64,000 nt of DNA from Octopus sinensis (GCF_006345805.1 NC_043001.1:81840001-81904000), one strand, 5' to 3'; numbered from the stretch's first letter, positions 25,841-40,770 are shown. Notes: generated by a model not told the origin, from the sequence alone. Numbers and translations are program-made.

Positions 25841-27089
25841 AATTCCGCTCCCTCGACATTTGAAGAATAAAAATAAAGAAGCTTTTGAAGTGATGGAATA
25901 AATAGATAAATATCACAAGACATGAACGTTTGGTAAGACAAAACGGTATGGAGTTGGTCGGTCGGTGGGTCGATAGAATCGGAGAAGGGGCGCTGGATTT
26001 TATTTCGTAAGCAGACGACAACATAACAGGATTTCTCTTATCTGTCGGCAAACATTTACATTTGTGTTAAGTGTTAAGTTTTCAAGGGGAGAGGGAGAGA
26101 GAGTGTGAGAGAGAGAGAGAGAATGTATTTTCGGTGACGGAGTAGGAGGGGGGACAGTAAGATTGATGAGGATAATGTAACGTCTTCACTTTCTCTCTGG
26201 TGAATTACCTTTGCACTCATATTGACTCATTTACCGACATATGCATTTATTAATATTATTAACATATGAAAGTTCCGAGGGTGATGGAGTGGCAGAAATG
26301 ATAAGGTGGTGCTTTGTGGTATTATGTTTGCGTCCGTTTATTATCCAGGGTCCAAAAGCTTTTCATCCATCCGGAGTTGATAAAAATAAGTATCAGTCAA
26401 ATCCGGGAACAAGGACAGCGATTTCAACTGAATATACTTCCCTCACACATACATAACAAACATTTTTGTAAACTTATAGTGATTAGATAGAATCAAATAA
26501 ATAACTAGAGGAACAAATAATTCCACTGAGTTCTAGTGGGGACAAGCTCTTGATCACTGGAAAAAGACCTGTAGAAATAAACACAAAGATAAGACTAGGC
26601 AGAGGAAATGACAAAAAAAAAGAAAAAAAATCATTTTATATGTTCGCTTTAATAAATTCTCACATAACTAAGTGATTGCATGAAGACTAGCCCACGATGG
26701 TGAAGAGGAAAAAGCAACGCGTCTATTTCTGCTAGTACACAAACTCTTCTGATAGAATTCTAGGGGGGTTTTTTCTACTCTAGGCACATGGCCCGAAATT
26801 TTGGGGGAGGGGGCCAGTCGATTAGATCAAATCTCAAATTTTATTTAATTTGCTTTGCGGGAAGGACTGTTTCAACGAAGTCGCGTCTTGTCCTTACCTT
26901 CGAAAACGCGGAGTAGACGAAACAGGGACAACTGAAGAAGGGGAATATTCCTTGTGCTGTATGTCTCGTACTCTGTTTTTTCGTTGTTTGAAAAAAAAAG
27001 TTCGTTTCCATGTTTTCGTTTCTCATTGTGTTCAACGTTTTTTTTTTTTTTGTGTGTCCTGTACCCATATATGCATGTATATATACATA

Positions 27090-27149
27090 TAGATGTAGGT
27101 ATGTACATATATGTATGTATATATGAATATGTTTATATATTATTTATGT

Positions 27150-27206
<57 letters not shown>

Positions 27207-27278
27207 GAATATGTTTATATATTATTATGTTATTATATATATATGTTTATATATTATTTATGTTATGATATATATATA

Positions 27279-27321
<43 letters not shown>

Positions 27322-27455
27322 TATGTTTATATATTATTTATGTTATTATATATATATATATATATATATGAATATGTTTATATATTATTTATGTTATTAT
27401 TTATATATATATATATATAATATATATATATATATAATATATATATATATATATA
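27090..27455. repeat. Compound (TA)n microsatellite with a higher-order unit of about 50 bp (atgaatatgtttatatattatttatgttatt)
   Basis: Direct reading. Confidence 0.85.
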
Positions 27456-27582
27456 AACCAATTTCAACAGATTTCGCCCAAATTTGACGTCGATATTACT
27501 TAGTTTGGTTTGAAATAATGAACTTGATTCGCTTAATAATCCTAACTTAATCCTGGGCAAAGCCGGGTTATACTGCTAGTTA
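27455..27582 (-). mobile_element. Short Helentron/HINE-like remnant
   Basis: Begins actagcagtataacccggctttgcccagg on the minus strand and sits in (TA)n. Confidence 0.5.
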
Positions 27583-27865
27583 TATTGTATATGAAGTTAT
27601 GGGATGCCGTGTAGGTTGTACAGTCACTTGCGCAGGTTGAACTAGTTTGTAAAACGTTTGAGAAAGAAACCAAGCTGTTTCTTGCAATAAATGCACCTAA
27701 AGCTAAAATCTTTCAATGACCCTTAAAATACTACTGTAGATCCCCAAATTACTATTTTGATGGCGTGGACCCTCCTGAGATCATATGGACTCCGGTTGAA
27801 AAACCACTGGTGTAGGTGGTAGTCGTAGGATGTGTGTGGTGGTTGTGATATAGTAAGGTTGTTGT

Positions 27866-27929
<64 letters not shown>

Positions 27930-28437
27930 GTACGCAGGTTTGTTTGTCTTTTTGTTGTTGAAACTGCACAAAACAAATACAATTTGTATATTTGTTCATT
28001 TCTTTTCTTTTTTTTCTTTTAAATTTTTATTTCATTTCATTCAATCAGAAATCACAAAAGCCCTGGCAGATGGTGAAGGTGACGACGTGAGGGTTGGGGG
28101 GTTGAAAGAGTGTGGGGGTAGAGTGTGAAAAGCCTACAGGTGCTGACTCTATGGAGTGTTTGTTGGTAGATGGGTGGAGGGGGTAGATCAATGGGTAGGT
28201 GGGTGGGTGTTGTGTAAGGATATAAACGTCTCGAAACACTGACTTGTCGAACCGTCTTAGAGAGAATTGTACACACGCTTACAAAGTCACAATAAAAAAA
28301 TATATACACCCACTTGTAAACAAACATACACCTGTATGTGTGTGTGTATGTATATACAAACATGTATATCAACATATATACAGTTACACGTGTATAAATA
28401 CACACACTCGTGCATAGAAATATATACATATATATAT

Positions 28438-28800
28438 ACTAGCAGTATCGCCCGGCGTTGCTCAGGTTTGTAAGGGAAATAACTATAAAGCATTTTTAGA
28501 GAGTTATAGCCAAAAAATAGCAAAAAAATGATGGTAAATTTTTTTTTTAGTTAAAAAAGGTGGAGTTGCGTCCCCTAGACAGTTTGCGGTTTGTGTTTGT
28601 GATTCTCGACCCCATGTCGAATTTATCGATTTTTTTCAGAACTGGGGGAACTTTTCAAAATTTTCGCTGCGTTAGTTTTGAATTATGACATTGGGCTATG
28701 TGTGTGTCAAGTTTCATCAGAATCGGTTGAAAGCCGTGGTCAGGGTGAAAGTACAAGCAAACAGACACACAGAAACACGCACAGACAAACTGCCGTTTAT
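28438..28800 (+). mobile_element. Helentron/HINE (DINE-1/Lep1-like) non-autonomous element in (TA)n
   Basis: 5' actagcagtatcgcccggcgttgctc, no TSD. Near-identical inverted copy at 53992-54361. Confidence 0.65.
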
Positions 28801-29659
28801 ATATATATATATATATACATACATACAAACACACGTGCATACACACACACACACGTGTACGAAAGAGAAGAAGTAGCGCGAAAATCTTTAAAAATGGCAG
28901 GGTGAACGTCAACAGAAAGTGTGCAAGACGGTAAGGTAAACGCGTGGGGATATATATATATATATATATAGCGGGGTGATGGTTGGGAGTGATAGAGTCA
29001 CGACAGTTGCCATGGTGATATTTCAATAGTTTGGTAATGATTGATTGTTTGGCTCAATCGATACCACACCCTCTTCTACCACCACCACCACCACCACCAC
29101 CATTGCAAACGTAGCCCCACCCGAAACAATATAAACAGTAAACCAAGATGTTCCTTTCTATTGTTATTTGAACAAAGGCAAACTTGCATCCGATCTCACA
29201 GTCTTACTATATACGTAAGTAGAACAGGTGGAGGCGGCGTGGTTCCTTTAGATATGGCACGACACGGTTAAGGTACGATGTACTGTATTGGCACCATAGA
29301 GACGGATATGTGTTAGAATATAATAAATAGAGATGTGGTGTGTCACAATGACCCTGGTCTTGGGGGTGATGAGGTTCCTTTAAATATGGTGAGACACACT
29401 TAAGGTATAGAGTACTGTACAGACGGTATCAACAAGAGATAGAGAACAGGCGACAGGAAACGCATCCGGCTATAGAAAACTAGTTTCAATAAGACTCGTC
29501 CGATTCATGCTAACATGGAAAAAATATGAGGACCATGTGGTCGTAGCGTCACAGTTTTGAGGTAATGTAGTTAAGTTTGTTTTGGAATGTGATAAAACAC
29601 AGTTGACGTATCGACTACTGTTTTGGCAGTGCTTTGTCCTCCTCCTCCTCCTAGGACTC

Positions 29660-29975
29660 CGTCGGTTTCGACGACGGGGGTCCCAGGCGATTAGATTAAC
29701 AGAACAGCCTGCTCATGAAATTAACAAGTGGCTGAGCACTCCACAGACACGCGTACCCTTAGCGTAGTTCTTAGAGAGATTCAGCGTGACACAGTATGTA
29801 ACAGAGCTGGCTCTTTGAGTTACAAGTACTACTCGTTTTTGTCAGCTGAGTGGACTGGAGCAACGTGAAATAACGTGTCTCGCACAAGGACACAAAACGC
29901 CACCGGGAATCGAACTTTCGACCTTACAATCGTGAGCCTAATACCCTAACCATTAAGCCATGACCATGAGCCTTC
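29660..29975 (-). mobile_element. SINE-C copy; its head plus flank is tandemly duplicated (90 bp: 29916-30005 and 30006-30095)
   Basis: Similar to 9901-10224. The duplication has 2 mismatches. Confidence 0.8.
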
Positions 29976-31789
29976 ACAGTGCTCTGTAGCGCAACAGAGA
30001 CGGGTTTTCGACCTTACAATCGTGAGCCAAATACCCTAACCATTAAGCCATGACAATGAGCCTTCACAGTGCTCTGTAGCGCAACAGAGACGGGTGTTAT
30101 GTAATATCATACACCTGTCTCTGTCCAAACGATACTCCGAGTCAAGTCCGCATGTCATAGACACAGACGTGAACGTGTGGTTAAGAACGTTGTTTCCCAA
30201 TCATGTGGTCTTACGTTCAGTCCCATTGCAAGCGTTTTTTAACTTAGCCTCGGATCGTTCAAAGCGTTATGAGAGGATCTGGTAGCTGGAAGCTGAAAGA
30301 AGCCGATCATATATTCACACGGACACACACAGAAATACACACACGGGTTTGTTTGTATCTTTGTGTTATGTTTAACTTCATCACTGCTTGTCACCAGTGT
30401 CGATTTGCTTACCTCCCCATAACTGGCGGTTCTAAAAAAAACCGAAAGAATAAGTACCAGGTTTTAAAAGATATTGAATACTGGAGTTGATCTGTTCAAG
30501 GCGGTTTCCCAAGAAGGCCGCAGTCCAATGACCGAAACCAGTACAGAATGAAAGGTAAGACTTAAGACATAACTAAATCGCCCTCAGAATAGTACGTTGG
30601 ACATCGGTAATCGTTAGTAGCGTGTTGCTTAAGACAGGGATAAATGCTATTAAAAAACGGTAGTTAGAACAGAAGTAAATACTATTAGGGCAGTGCTAAG
30701 TAAATGCCAAGAACAAAGGAAGAAATGCGAATACATTAACAGAATCAATATTAATCTGAAGCTTAAATATAATTAACTGAAACTTAGTAAACAAAATAAT
30801 ATGATTTAAACAAGGGAAAATAATAAAAAAAATTTTAAAAGGGAGAAGAAAAGTAGGAAATGTTATCACTCCCATAAAACATACATTAACAGGGTTTATT
30901 TACTGTAGCTTGAAGGCAGAGTTATTTTCTAGTAATAGAAAACTGTTCTGCATTTTATATAAATATATAGGTTTACATAAATAATTAGCAGGAAACGTTG
31001 GCAGAAGCAGTTCCATGCCGCGTTGTATAACATCGTTACGTCTCCTCATGCCAGGTTTTATGTTGTTTTTGCTTCTTTTTTTTTTTTTTTTTCCTCTCTA
31101 GTTTCGTTGGATGGGTTTGTGCAGCAATTAGATGAGAAGAGATCGCCAGATACCACATTCAAATCTTCATTCATTTATTTAAAGCATCGGACACTGCCGG
31201 TGGTTTTCAGACAGACAGCGACCTCTCACAGCGCACAGCGTAGGTGATTCTGAGAGAGTGAACACACACATACACAATCTGTTGATGTCACCAGAATTTA
31301 GAGACTTCGAAAAGATGAAATAATTCTTTTCAGGAAAGGTGAATCTTAAAGAAAATAAAGCTATAAATAATAGTGTGTAAATGTGTTATGAACTATTTGA
31401 ACAGAACGTTTAAGGCTCATATCTCCTGTAAACATGGGCAGCCTTCAACTTTTCTAACCAACTGGTTTTTTAACCCAATATTTACATCTACTATTATAGC
31501 TTTAGTTGCATCGAGATTAACCGTTGCAGGGAAAGACTTTGATGCAGGCGGCGAGCTGGCAGAGACGTTAGCACGCCGGGCGAAGTGCTTCGCGGTATTT
31601 CGCCCGTCGTTACGTTCTGAGTTCAAATTCCGCCGAGGTCGACTTTGCCTTTCATCCTTTTGGGGTCGATTAATTAAGTACCAGTTACGCACTTTAGCTC
31701 CTTGTGGTAAGAGAAAGAGGTAGAGAAGACGGACAAACAGTTACATATGGCATCAAAACAAGGTTGTTATATAAACATAAATATACTTA

Positions 31790-32050
31790 AAACGAAATCA
31801 GTCTATGGTATTGCTTTACAGCTGTTTCAAAAGTGCAGCGACTGGTTAATGTAATAATGTACATTGGGCAAACAAATATGCGTAATGCTACAACCAAACA
31901 TAGCAGAAAGGTAAAAACTGACATTAACACACAAGTATTATACATTAATCCATAAATCAATTCAACCTGTAAGCGTTCACACCTATGATCTTTTTCATCC
32001 GAAGAAATAACATACGAAGTAAAACTCTAGTTGTCGTACATACTATATGA
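31790..32050 (+). mobile_element. Penelope-like element remnant (GIY-YIG endonuclease fragment)
   Basis: Frame reads ..NVIMYIGQTNMRN.. (YIGQT motif). Penelope-like terminal pieces lie at about 32400-32540 and 32920-33100. Confidence 0.55.
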
Positions 32051-32267
32051 AGGAAGGCACTACATCAGTGGGAGACGGGAGAGGATGTATGTAAACAATG
32101 AACGGGATTATACAGCGAAGACAAAGGTCTGAAGTAAACATCAAAATCATATTAGTAAAAGTGGAGGTGAACAGAAGAAAGACAGATAAAGAAGAAAAAT
32201 CTGAAAATCTGAAATGCATAAAATATGATTATACACCTTTTCTGATTTACTGATGTATTCTCACCTA

Positions 32268-32331
<64 letters not shown>

Positions 32332-32539
32332 ATATATATATATGGAGCAAGAGAGAGGAGTTAAGCTGGAAGCCTGAGCCACGTCTGCTGATCCACCAAC
32401 GAAAAGGTGTTACAGCTCAGGGTTGGAACACTCGATGATCGTTGAATATCGTCTGATGACATCAATTCCTTCTGGTTAAGCTATAAATATATTCACCAAA
32501 GATGAACGAAGAAGCACCTTCATTCAGGTATTATCAACA

Positions 32540-32606
<67 letters not shown>

Positions 32607-33138
32607 AGGGGGTGGATTAAAACAACTGCTCAACAAGAAAATCCATTGCATAGGTTTCGTAGCCTATGAGAGTTTGAAACGTCAAGAGTGTTGGGGGTCA
32701 TATTTTATGGAACAAAGATATAAATCCAGAGATTAATAGGACAGATAGCACAAGATCAGAGCCTAGTTATCGACAGTTATTCAGTGATCATCACGAGATG
32801 ACAAACTGATAGCTTCGCAAGATAATCAGACTAACAAAATCCTGACTATATCAACATATGTAAGAGGGTGTATGTGTGAGTGTCTGCGTATATATATGTA
32901 TATGAAAAAACAAGTCAGGATAGAAAATGCTAAAATAATTTTATAAAGAACATTTCAGTACCGGTTTCAGTCATTGAGACTTTTTCAACTGTAACAATAA
33001 AATAATCAAATTTAGAAAAAATTTTTTAAAAAGTTTTTTTTTTATAGAATATTTGTATAGTGTTCAAATACAAGTGGCATTTTCTTTGTTTCTGCCTGTC
33101 TCTGTCTCTCTTGTTTACTCTTGTGGGTTAGAGGTCGT

Positions 33139-33192
<54 letters not shown>

Positions 33193-33369
33193 AAGAGAGA
33201 GAAAGAGAGAGACAAGAAATTGAGGCTTCCCTCAAGCAGACTCCGAGCTTTTCAAATCGCTAAAGAAACCGAAAATGAAAGCGTGGAATTCAGGGTAACG
33301 ACTGAGAGTTGTATCGAGTTTGATCTCACTAAATTCTACTCATGCATGCACACACGTAAATACATACAT

Positions 33370-33665
33370 ACAAGTTCAGGTTTATACCTGTAATTATTGG
33401 AGCGCTGGGATGTGTAACACACTGCCTAAATACTAATCTTGAGAAATTAGGCTTCTCAAAATCAGAAAGGAGAAAACTAATTCGAAGGCTACAGATCCAA
33501 TCCATCACTTTCCAGAAGTTTATCATTTAAATATATAAGAGCATACATACATAAAACATACATACATTCATATCCGGTTGTTGATGTTGAAATTCCAAGA
33601 AGGAACCTTGGATCTAAGTTAGAAACTGGTTCTTTCCCTATTGGCAAGAAATCTTAAGATAAACT
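33370..33665 (+). mobile_element. 3' end of an RLE-endonuclease non-LTR retrotransposon (R4/Dong- or CRE-like)
   Basis: KFRFIPVIIGALGCVTHCL..LQIQSI matches the RLE C-terminal P(V/I)VIGALG motif. Flanked by TACA-type repeats. Confidence 0.75.
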
Positions 33666-34058
33666 GAATAATGACACACATGCATACATGGATTTTGTCT
33701 TTTTATAATGGTTTCAATCTATGGCACACGGCCAGCAGTCTGGAGGGAAGGGTAAGTCGATTACATCATCCCTATCGCTAAAACTAGTAATCATAACAAT
33801 TATATTAACAACCGGAAAGGATGAAAAGCAATGTCGGCGGAATTTGAACTCAGAACGTAATGACGTATGAAATGCGACTAAACATTTTGTCCAGCGTGCT
33901 AACGATTATGTCATGCTATTAAAAAAAAAAAACAACAACTCTCACAGCACTGCTCGGCTTCGAAGAAGACAAATGCTCAAGGTGTCACGCAGTAGGAGTG
34001 AACCTGAAACCACGTGGTTGCAAAAGCGAGCTTCTTAATCACTTAACCATGCCTGCGC

Positions 34059-34114
<56 letters not shown>

Positions 34115-34133
34115 CAAGAGAGTGAGTGAGTGA

Positions 34134-34170
<37 letters not shown>

Positions 34171-34509
34171 ATGTTAATAAATACAAACTTGGATATTAGT
34201 AAAGACGAATGAAAAGTAGACGCTTGCATCGCACACAGACACTAAATTAACTCAAAATTATGTCATAATTTAGGTGCGATATGCCTAATCGTAATTGGCA
34301 CTGACGTAAAGGCAAACCATTCCGATATTGTAGTTAGGGATTAATTACATTGTTGAAGCGAAGTACTTGTTTATAAGTGGTAGCTGAATGTGTCAAAAGT
34401 AGCTCTTAAAATGCGATAAATCAATTACCAGTACAGAACTGATGTCGATATAATCGACTGTCACTTCCCCCAACGTCTTGCTGCTGCTGCCATCATGATC
34501 ATGATCAAC

Positions 34510-35255
34510 AAGGCGAGCTGGCACAATCGTTACCGCGCCGAGCGAAGTGCTTAGCGGTATTTCGTCTGCCGCTACATTCTGAGTTCAAATTCCACCAAGG
34601 TCGACTTTGCCTTTCATCCTTTCAGGGTCGATAAAATAAGTACCAACGAAACACTGGGGCTGATGTAAACGACTTATCCCCCTCTCCCAAACTTGCTGCC
34701 CACGTGGCAAAACTTGAAACCATTATTATTATTATTGCAGCGAGCTGAGCAGAATTGTTAAGAGTGCCAGAAAAATTGCTTTGCTGTATTTTACCAAGGG
34801 TTTATATTCCGAGTTCAAATCCCATCAATGCCAACTTTGTCGTCCTTATGGCGGTGAGCTGCCAGAATTGTTAGCGCGTCGGACAAAATATTTCTTCCGG
34901 CTCTTTAAGTTCCGAGTTGAAATCCCACGAAGGACAACTTTGGCCTTCATCTTTGCGGTGTTGACAAAATAAGAACCACCTAAGCACTGGGGTTGATGTA
35001 ATCGATTTACCTCGCTAAAATCACTAAGGCGGCGAGCTGGCAGAAACGTTAGCACGCCGGGCGAAATGCGTAGCCGTATTTCGTCTGCCGTTACGTTCTG
35101 GGTTCAAATTCCGCCGAGGTCGACTTTGCCTTTCATCCTTTCGGGGTCGATAAATTAAGTACCAGTTACGCACTGGGGTCGATGTAATCGATTTAATCTG
35201 TTTGTTTGTCCTCTCTGTGTTTAGCCCCTTGTGGGTAGTAAAGAAATATAAAATC
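34510..35255 (+). mobile_element. Run of SINE-B copies; youngest at 35027-35250
   Basis: Family consensus nearly intact at 35027. Confidence 0.85.
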
Positions 35256-36589
35256 ACTAGCCTTGTCAAAATTATTATTGAGTGAGAGAGCAGTGCATGC
35301 CGTCAAAGTGGCACTAGGGTAAAATATACGAAGCCCGGTATACCCATCATGACTACCTGCCTGATAAGGGTACACCAGGCACATGCATCACAACCATATG
35401 TGCGCGACATGGTGATCTCATATCAAGATAAACAGTACATGACCTTGCTGGTGGGGGCCCAGTTAGAATTTTCTTCAGGTCGAGAAGCCCATCCCGCTCA
35501 AAAGGTCCCTGAATAAGGGTTGTTTAAGAATGTTGAACAAAACACCCATGTTTCCAAGGGTGAATTATTCAAACTCCAAAAAATTCCTCTCAACACATGG
35601 CTATGATGCTCCCCCACTACTTCTGCTCCTGATCAGAGATGAAAATATCGTCATCCACCATCTGTGGTATCGAGCAGAATATTATTATTATTGTTGTTGT
35701 TGTATAAAAGAAGTCAACCCTAACAGAGTAGACTTCTGATCAAAGGTGTTTTAGCCATGAGCTCCTTGTATTTTTTTTTTTTTTTTTGCCTACAAAGATA
35801 GTATATCAAGAACTGCATTATTATCTAATATGTCCTTGGTATGATAGCTGCTATTTCTAGCAAGTTGAACAACCGTGCAGAAATTGTTAAACTGTGTAGG
35901 TGTCTCCACATGAAATATCGTTTTCCTGCACCATTTCCAAGTGAATGGAATTGGTGATATTGATGGGCGGGGGTGGCGGTGTGGAGGGTTAGGGAAGGGA
36001 CAAGCAGACAGACAGAGTCAGTGGGTGGTTGCTGAGCAGAGCACTAAACAAACTTCAACACAGTTTCAAGTCTGCAAGACAGCGTTTACAAAAAAAAAAA
36101 AAATTTTTTTTTTTTATATAAAATTTTTTGTCTTCCTTTTTCCCCGCCCACTTCGCCGTCATCAACTGAAATAGGGGAGATTGCACATTAGCTGTCGTTC
36201 TCACTACTGAACTGTCTACCACACCCACACCACCACCATACGATGCAGAAAAATACTCCCCTTCTCCACCACCACCACCACCACCACCACGATGTAGAAG
36301 ATACTTTCATCACCACCACAATTTTACCTGATGCAGAAAATACTTCCATGGTCGTCATCATCATCATCATCACAACATAAGACAGGAAATAAGGAAATAA
36401 ACCCATCTACCTACACACACACACCATCATCATCATCATCGCCACCATTACCGGCACAATTAGATCATGCAGAAAATACCTGAAAAACTCACTACCAAAC
36501 ACACATTAAATGAAACATACAAAACGTCTGTGGTGTTCTCTTAGCGACAGGTAAAAACCAAGGTGTTTCGAATCATTTTAGTTGTTTCT

Positions 36590-36810
36590 GTCATTACTAT
36601 TATTATTATTGTTATTATTATTATTACTATTATCATTATTGTTACTATTGTTATTATTATTATTATTGTTGTTTTTGTTATTATTACTATTATTATTGTT
36701 ACTATTATTATTATTGTTATTATTATTATCATTATCATCATTATTATTATTATTATCATCATTATTATTATTATTATCGTTATTATTATTATCATTATTA
36801 TTAATTTTTT
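36590..36810. repeat. (TAT)n-type trinucleotide microsatellite; others at 890-970 and 37420-37533
   Basis: Direct reading. Confidence 0.95.
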
Positions 36811-36824
36811 AAATTTTTTTTTGC

Positions 36825-37440
36825 TTGTTTCAGTCATTTGACTGTGGCCATGCTGGAGCACCGCCTTTAGTCGAGCAAATCGACCCCGGGACTTATTCTT
36901 TGTAAGCCCAGTACTTATTCTATCGGTCTTTTTGCCGAACCGCTAAGTGACGGGGACGTAAACACACCAGCATCGGTTGTCAAGCGATGTTGGGTGGGGG
37001 GACAAACACAGACACGCAAACATATACATACACATACATATATACGACAGGCTTCTTTCAGTTTCCGTCTACCAAATCCACTCACAAGGCATTGGTCGGC
37101 CCGGGGCTATAGCAGTAGACACTTGCCTAAGATGTCACGCAGTGGGACTGAACCCGGAACCATACTTACCACACAGCCACTCCTGCAATTATTATTAATT
37201 ATTATTATTATTATTAAGGCGGTGAGCTGTCAGAATCGTTAACGCACAGAACGAAATGTTAAGGCGGTATTTTGCCCGTTGCTACGTTCTGAGTACAAAT
37301 TCCGCCGCCAGGTGACTTTACCTTTCATCCTTTCGGGGTTGATAAAACAAGTATGGGTTGAACACTGGGGTCGATGTAATAGACTCCCAACCTCTCCCAA
37401 AACTGCTGCCCTCGTGGCAAAATAATAATAATAATAATTA

Positions 37441-37534
<94 letters not shown>

Positions 37535-38165
37535 GGCGGCGAGCTGGCAGAATCGTTTGCACGCCGGGAAAAATGTTTAGTGGCATTTCATCCGTCTTTA
37601 CGTTGTGGGTTCAAATTCTGCCAAAGTCGATTTTACGTTTCATCTTTTAAGAGTGGATTAAATAAGTACCAGTTACACATTGGGGTCGATGTAGTCGACT
37701 TAATCCTTTCCCCCAAATTTGAGGCCTCGTGTTTCCAGATTAAAAAAAGAAATCATTATTATTGTTATTATTAGCAAGCTGGCAGAATCGTTAGCACGCC
37801 GGGCAAAATGCTTAGCGGCATTTCGTCCGTCTTTACGTTCTGAGTTCAAATTCCGCCGAGGTCGATTTTGCCTTCATTCTTTCGGAGTCAATTATATAAG
37901 TACCTACGTGCTGGGATCGATGTAATCGATTTAATCCCTTCCTCCAAAGTCTAGGCCTTGTACCTACAGTAGAAAAGATTATCATTATTATTATTATTAT
38001 AAGGTTGCAGGAGTGGCTGCGTGGTAAGTAGCTTGCTAACCAGCCACATGGTTCCAGGTTCAGTCCCACTGCGTAGCACCTTGGGCAAGTGTCTTCTACT
38101 ATAGCCTCGGGCCGACCAAAGCCTTGTGAGTGGATTTGGTAGACGGAAACTGAAAGAAGCCCGTC

Positions 38166-38201
<36 letters not shown>

Positions 38202-38570
38202 GTATGTATGTGTGTATGTATATGTTTGTGTGTGTGTCCCAACATCGCTTGACATCGATGCTTACGTCCCCGTAACTTAGCGGTTCGGCATAAGAGACTT
38301 ATAGAATAAGTACTAAGCTTACAAAGAATAAGTCCTGGGGTCGATTTGCTCGACTAAAGGCGGTGCTCCAGCATGGCCGCAGTCAAAATGACAAACGAAT
38401 AAAAGAAAGGACAGTGAGTTGGCAGAATCGTCAGGCAAAATGCTTAGCGATATTTTTTCTGCCGTTACGTTCTGACTTCAAATTCCGTCGAAGTCTCTAA
38501 ATTAGTACCAGTTGCGTACAAAGGTCCTTGTCATCGACTAGCTTCGCCCCGCAGAATTTCCTAACAGAAG
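36825..38570. mobile_element. Dense cluster of SINE-A (36825-37185 minus, 38005-38400 plus) and SINE-B (37215-37980)
   Basis: Family motifs. Confidence 0.8.
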
Positions 38571-40510
38571 AAAGAATCATTATCATCATCATCATTATTA
38601 TTATTCCACGTAGAAACATACCAATTAGGTTGTATTTCCTTTTATATGTTATTCTTAAATCTATTTTCTAGGTTTAATTTAAGTCCTTTCAAATGTGTCA
38701 GTATCTAACGTTTTGTGTGTGTCTTTGTCATAGATTTTTGAACAACAAAGCTATGTGAGTCAGCTCTTACCTGAACCAAATCTCACCAAGTTCTTGCTGT
38801 CAATCAATGTAAAGAATAGATTACCACCACCACTACCACTACTATCATCATGACTTATTACGACACTATTGTTACAACAACTAACAGAATGATAGGCAAA
38901 GTCGACCTTGGCAGAATTTGAACTCAGAACGTACAGCCGTAAGAAATTCCGCTAAGCATTTCATCCGGTATGGTAACGACTTTGCCAGCTAAGTGCATTT
39001 TAAATAACAATAATAATAATAAGGTATAAAAAAGATAGGCTACAGCAAATATTCTGCTCAATACCACAGATTTGCTTGTCAGTTGTTTGGCCTTAACCAG
39101 TTGAGCATGTCCCTTAGTGGCTGATGATATGTTCATCTCTGATCATGAGCAGAAGTAGTGGGGGAGTATCCACGTGTTGAGAGGGGATTCTTTGGGGTTT
39201 GAATAATTCACCTCTGGAAACATGGGTGTTTCGTTCAACATCCTTAAACAACCCTTACTCAGGGACCTTTTGAGCACGATGGGTTACTCGACCAGAAGAA
39301 AATTCTAACTGGGCCCCACCTACAAGGTCATGTGCTGTTTATCTTGATATGATATCATAATTTCGTGCACATATATTTGTGATGCATGTGCCTGGTGTAC
39401 CCTTATCAGACGGGTAGTCATGATGGGTATACTGGGCTTCGTATATTTTACCCCAGTGTCACTTTGATGGCATGCACTGCTCTCTCACTCAATAATAATA
39501 ATAATATATTTCTTTACTACCCACAAGGGGCTAAACACAGGGGAAAAACAAGAACAGACAAACGGATTAAGTAGATTACATCAACCCCAGGGCGTAACTG
39601 GTACTTAATTTATCGACCCCGAAGGGATGAAAGGCAAAGTCAACCTCGGCGGAATTTGAACTCAAAACGTAATCTGTTTTACTATAGGCACAAGGACTGA
39701 GATTTGGCGGGGAAGTGGTTAGTCGATGACATTGACCCAGTGTTTCGCTGGTACTTAATTTATCGACCCTGAAAGGATGAAAGGCAAAGTCGACCTCATG
39801 TGTATGAATGAACAACATAAAAAGCTCATCTACTTCATTCCGATTGCATCCCAACCCCCTTTATGCGTTCTACGTCATCCCCAATCTAAGTAGATCTCGT
39901 GTTTATCAATGCAATTATTTTTTATCAGCACAATTTCCCCCATCAATTCAGTGATGCTGATAGCTCTGACTGCTTTATTTTTGTTTAAAATTTTTTATAT
40001 CCTTTAAAGCACAATATTTATAAAACCCACCATTAAAACAAAAAGAAGGCATTTGCATCTGAGACATTATAAAACCTCGTTTAATATTAATCTACAAGGT
40101 GCAGCCACAAATAAAACCAAAAAAAAACCAAAAAAAACTGATGTACCATTTTTGATAAATGTTTCAACTGTAAACATACACCGGTTCGGTACTAGTAGCG
40201 TAGACTGGACCCGGGTCCAGTCTACGCTCGGTTTCCATCATGCTGGTAGCTGAACAAAACGAAACGGTAAATATCTAGCTATATGGAAACACCATTACCA
40301 TAAACCTAATTTTACTGTCGTCACAACGATGGCCATAAAAAATACGGGAGGATTTTCTGCCACAGGTAGTATACCTGCGATCAAATGTTCTAGCTATAAC
40401 CACTGTTTCGTTTCGTTTTTTTTAAATTTATTTTTACCTTTTTCCAGACAGAGCATATCTAGGATTACATCATTCAATGCCTATTTTTTAACACAGTAAG
40501 ATATAGTTTG

Positions 40511-40770
40511 TGGAGGCGCGTGGCTTAGTGGTTAGGGTGTCAGCACCATGATCGTAAGATTGTGGTTTCGATTCCTGGACCGGGGCGACGCGTTGTGTTC
40601 TTGCGCAAAACACTTCATTTCACGTTACTCCAGTCCACTCAGCTGGCAAAAATGAGTAACGCTGCGATGGACTGGCGTCCCGTCCAGCTGGTGAACACAT
40701 ACGATATAGAAACCGGGAAATCGGGTCCATGAGTCTGGCTAGGCTTGAAAAGGGCACATTTATTTTATTT
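40511..40770 (+). mobile_element. SINE-C with 14-bp TSD TAAGATATAGTTTG
   Basis: TSD at 40497-40510 and 40771-40784. Close sister copy at about 41900-42140. Confidence 0.9.
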
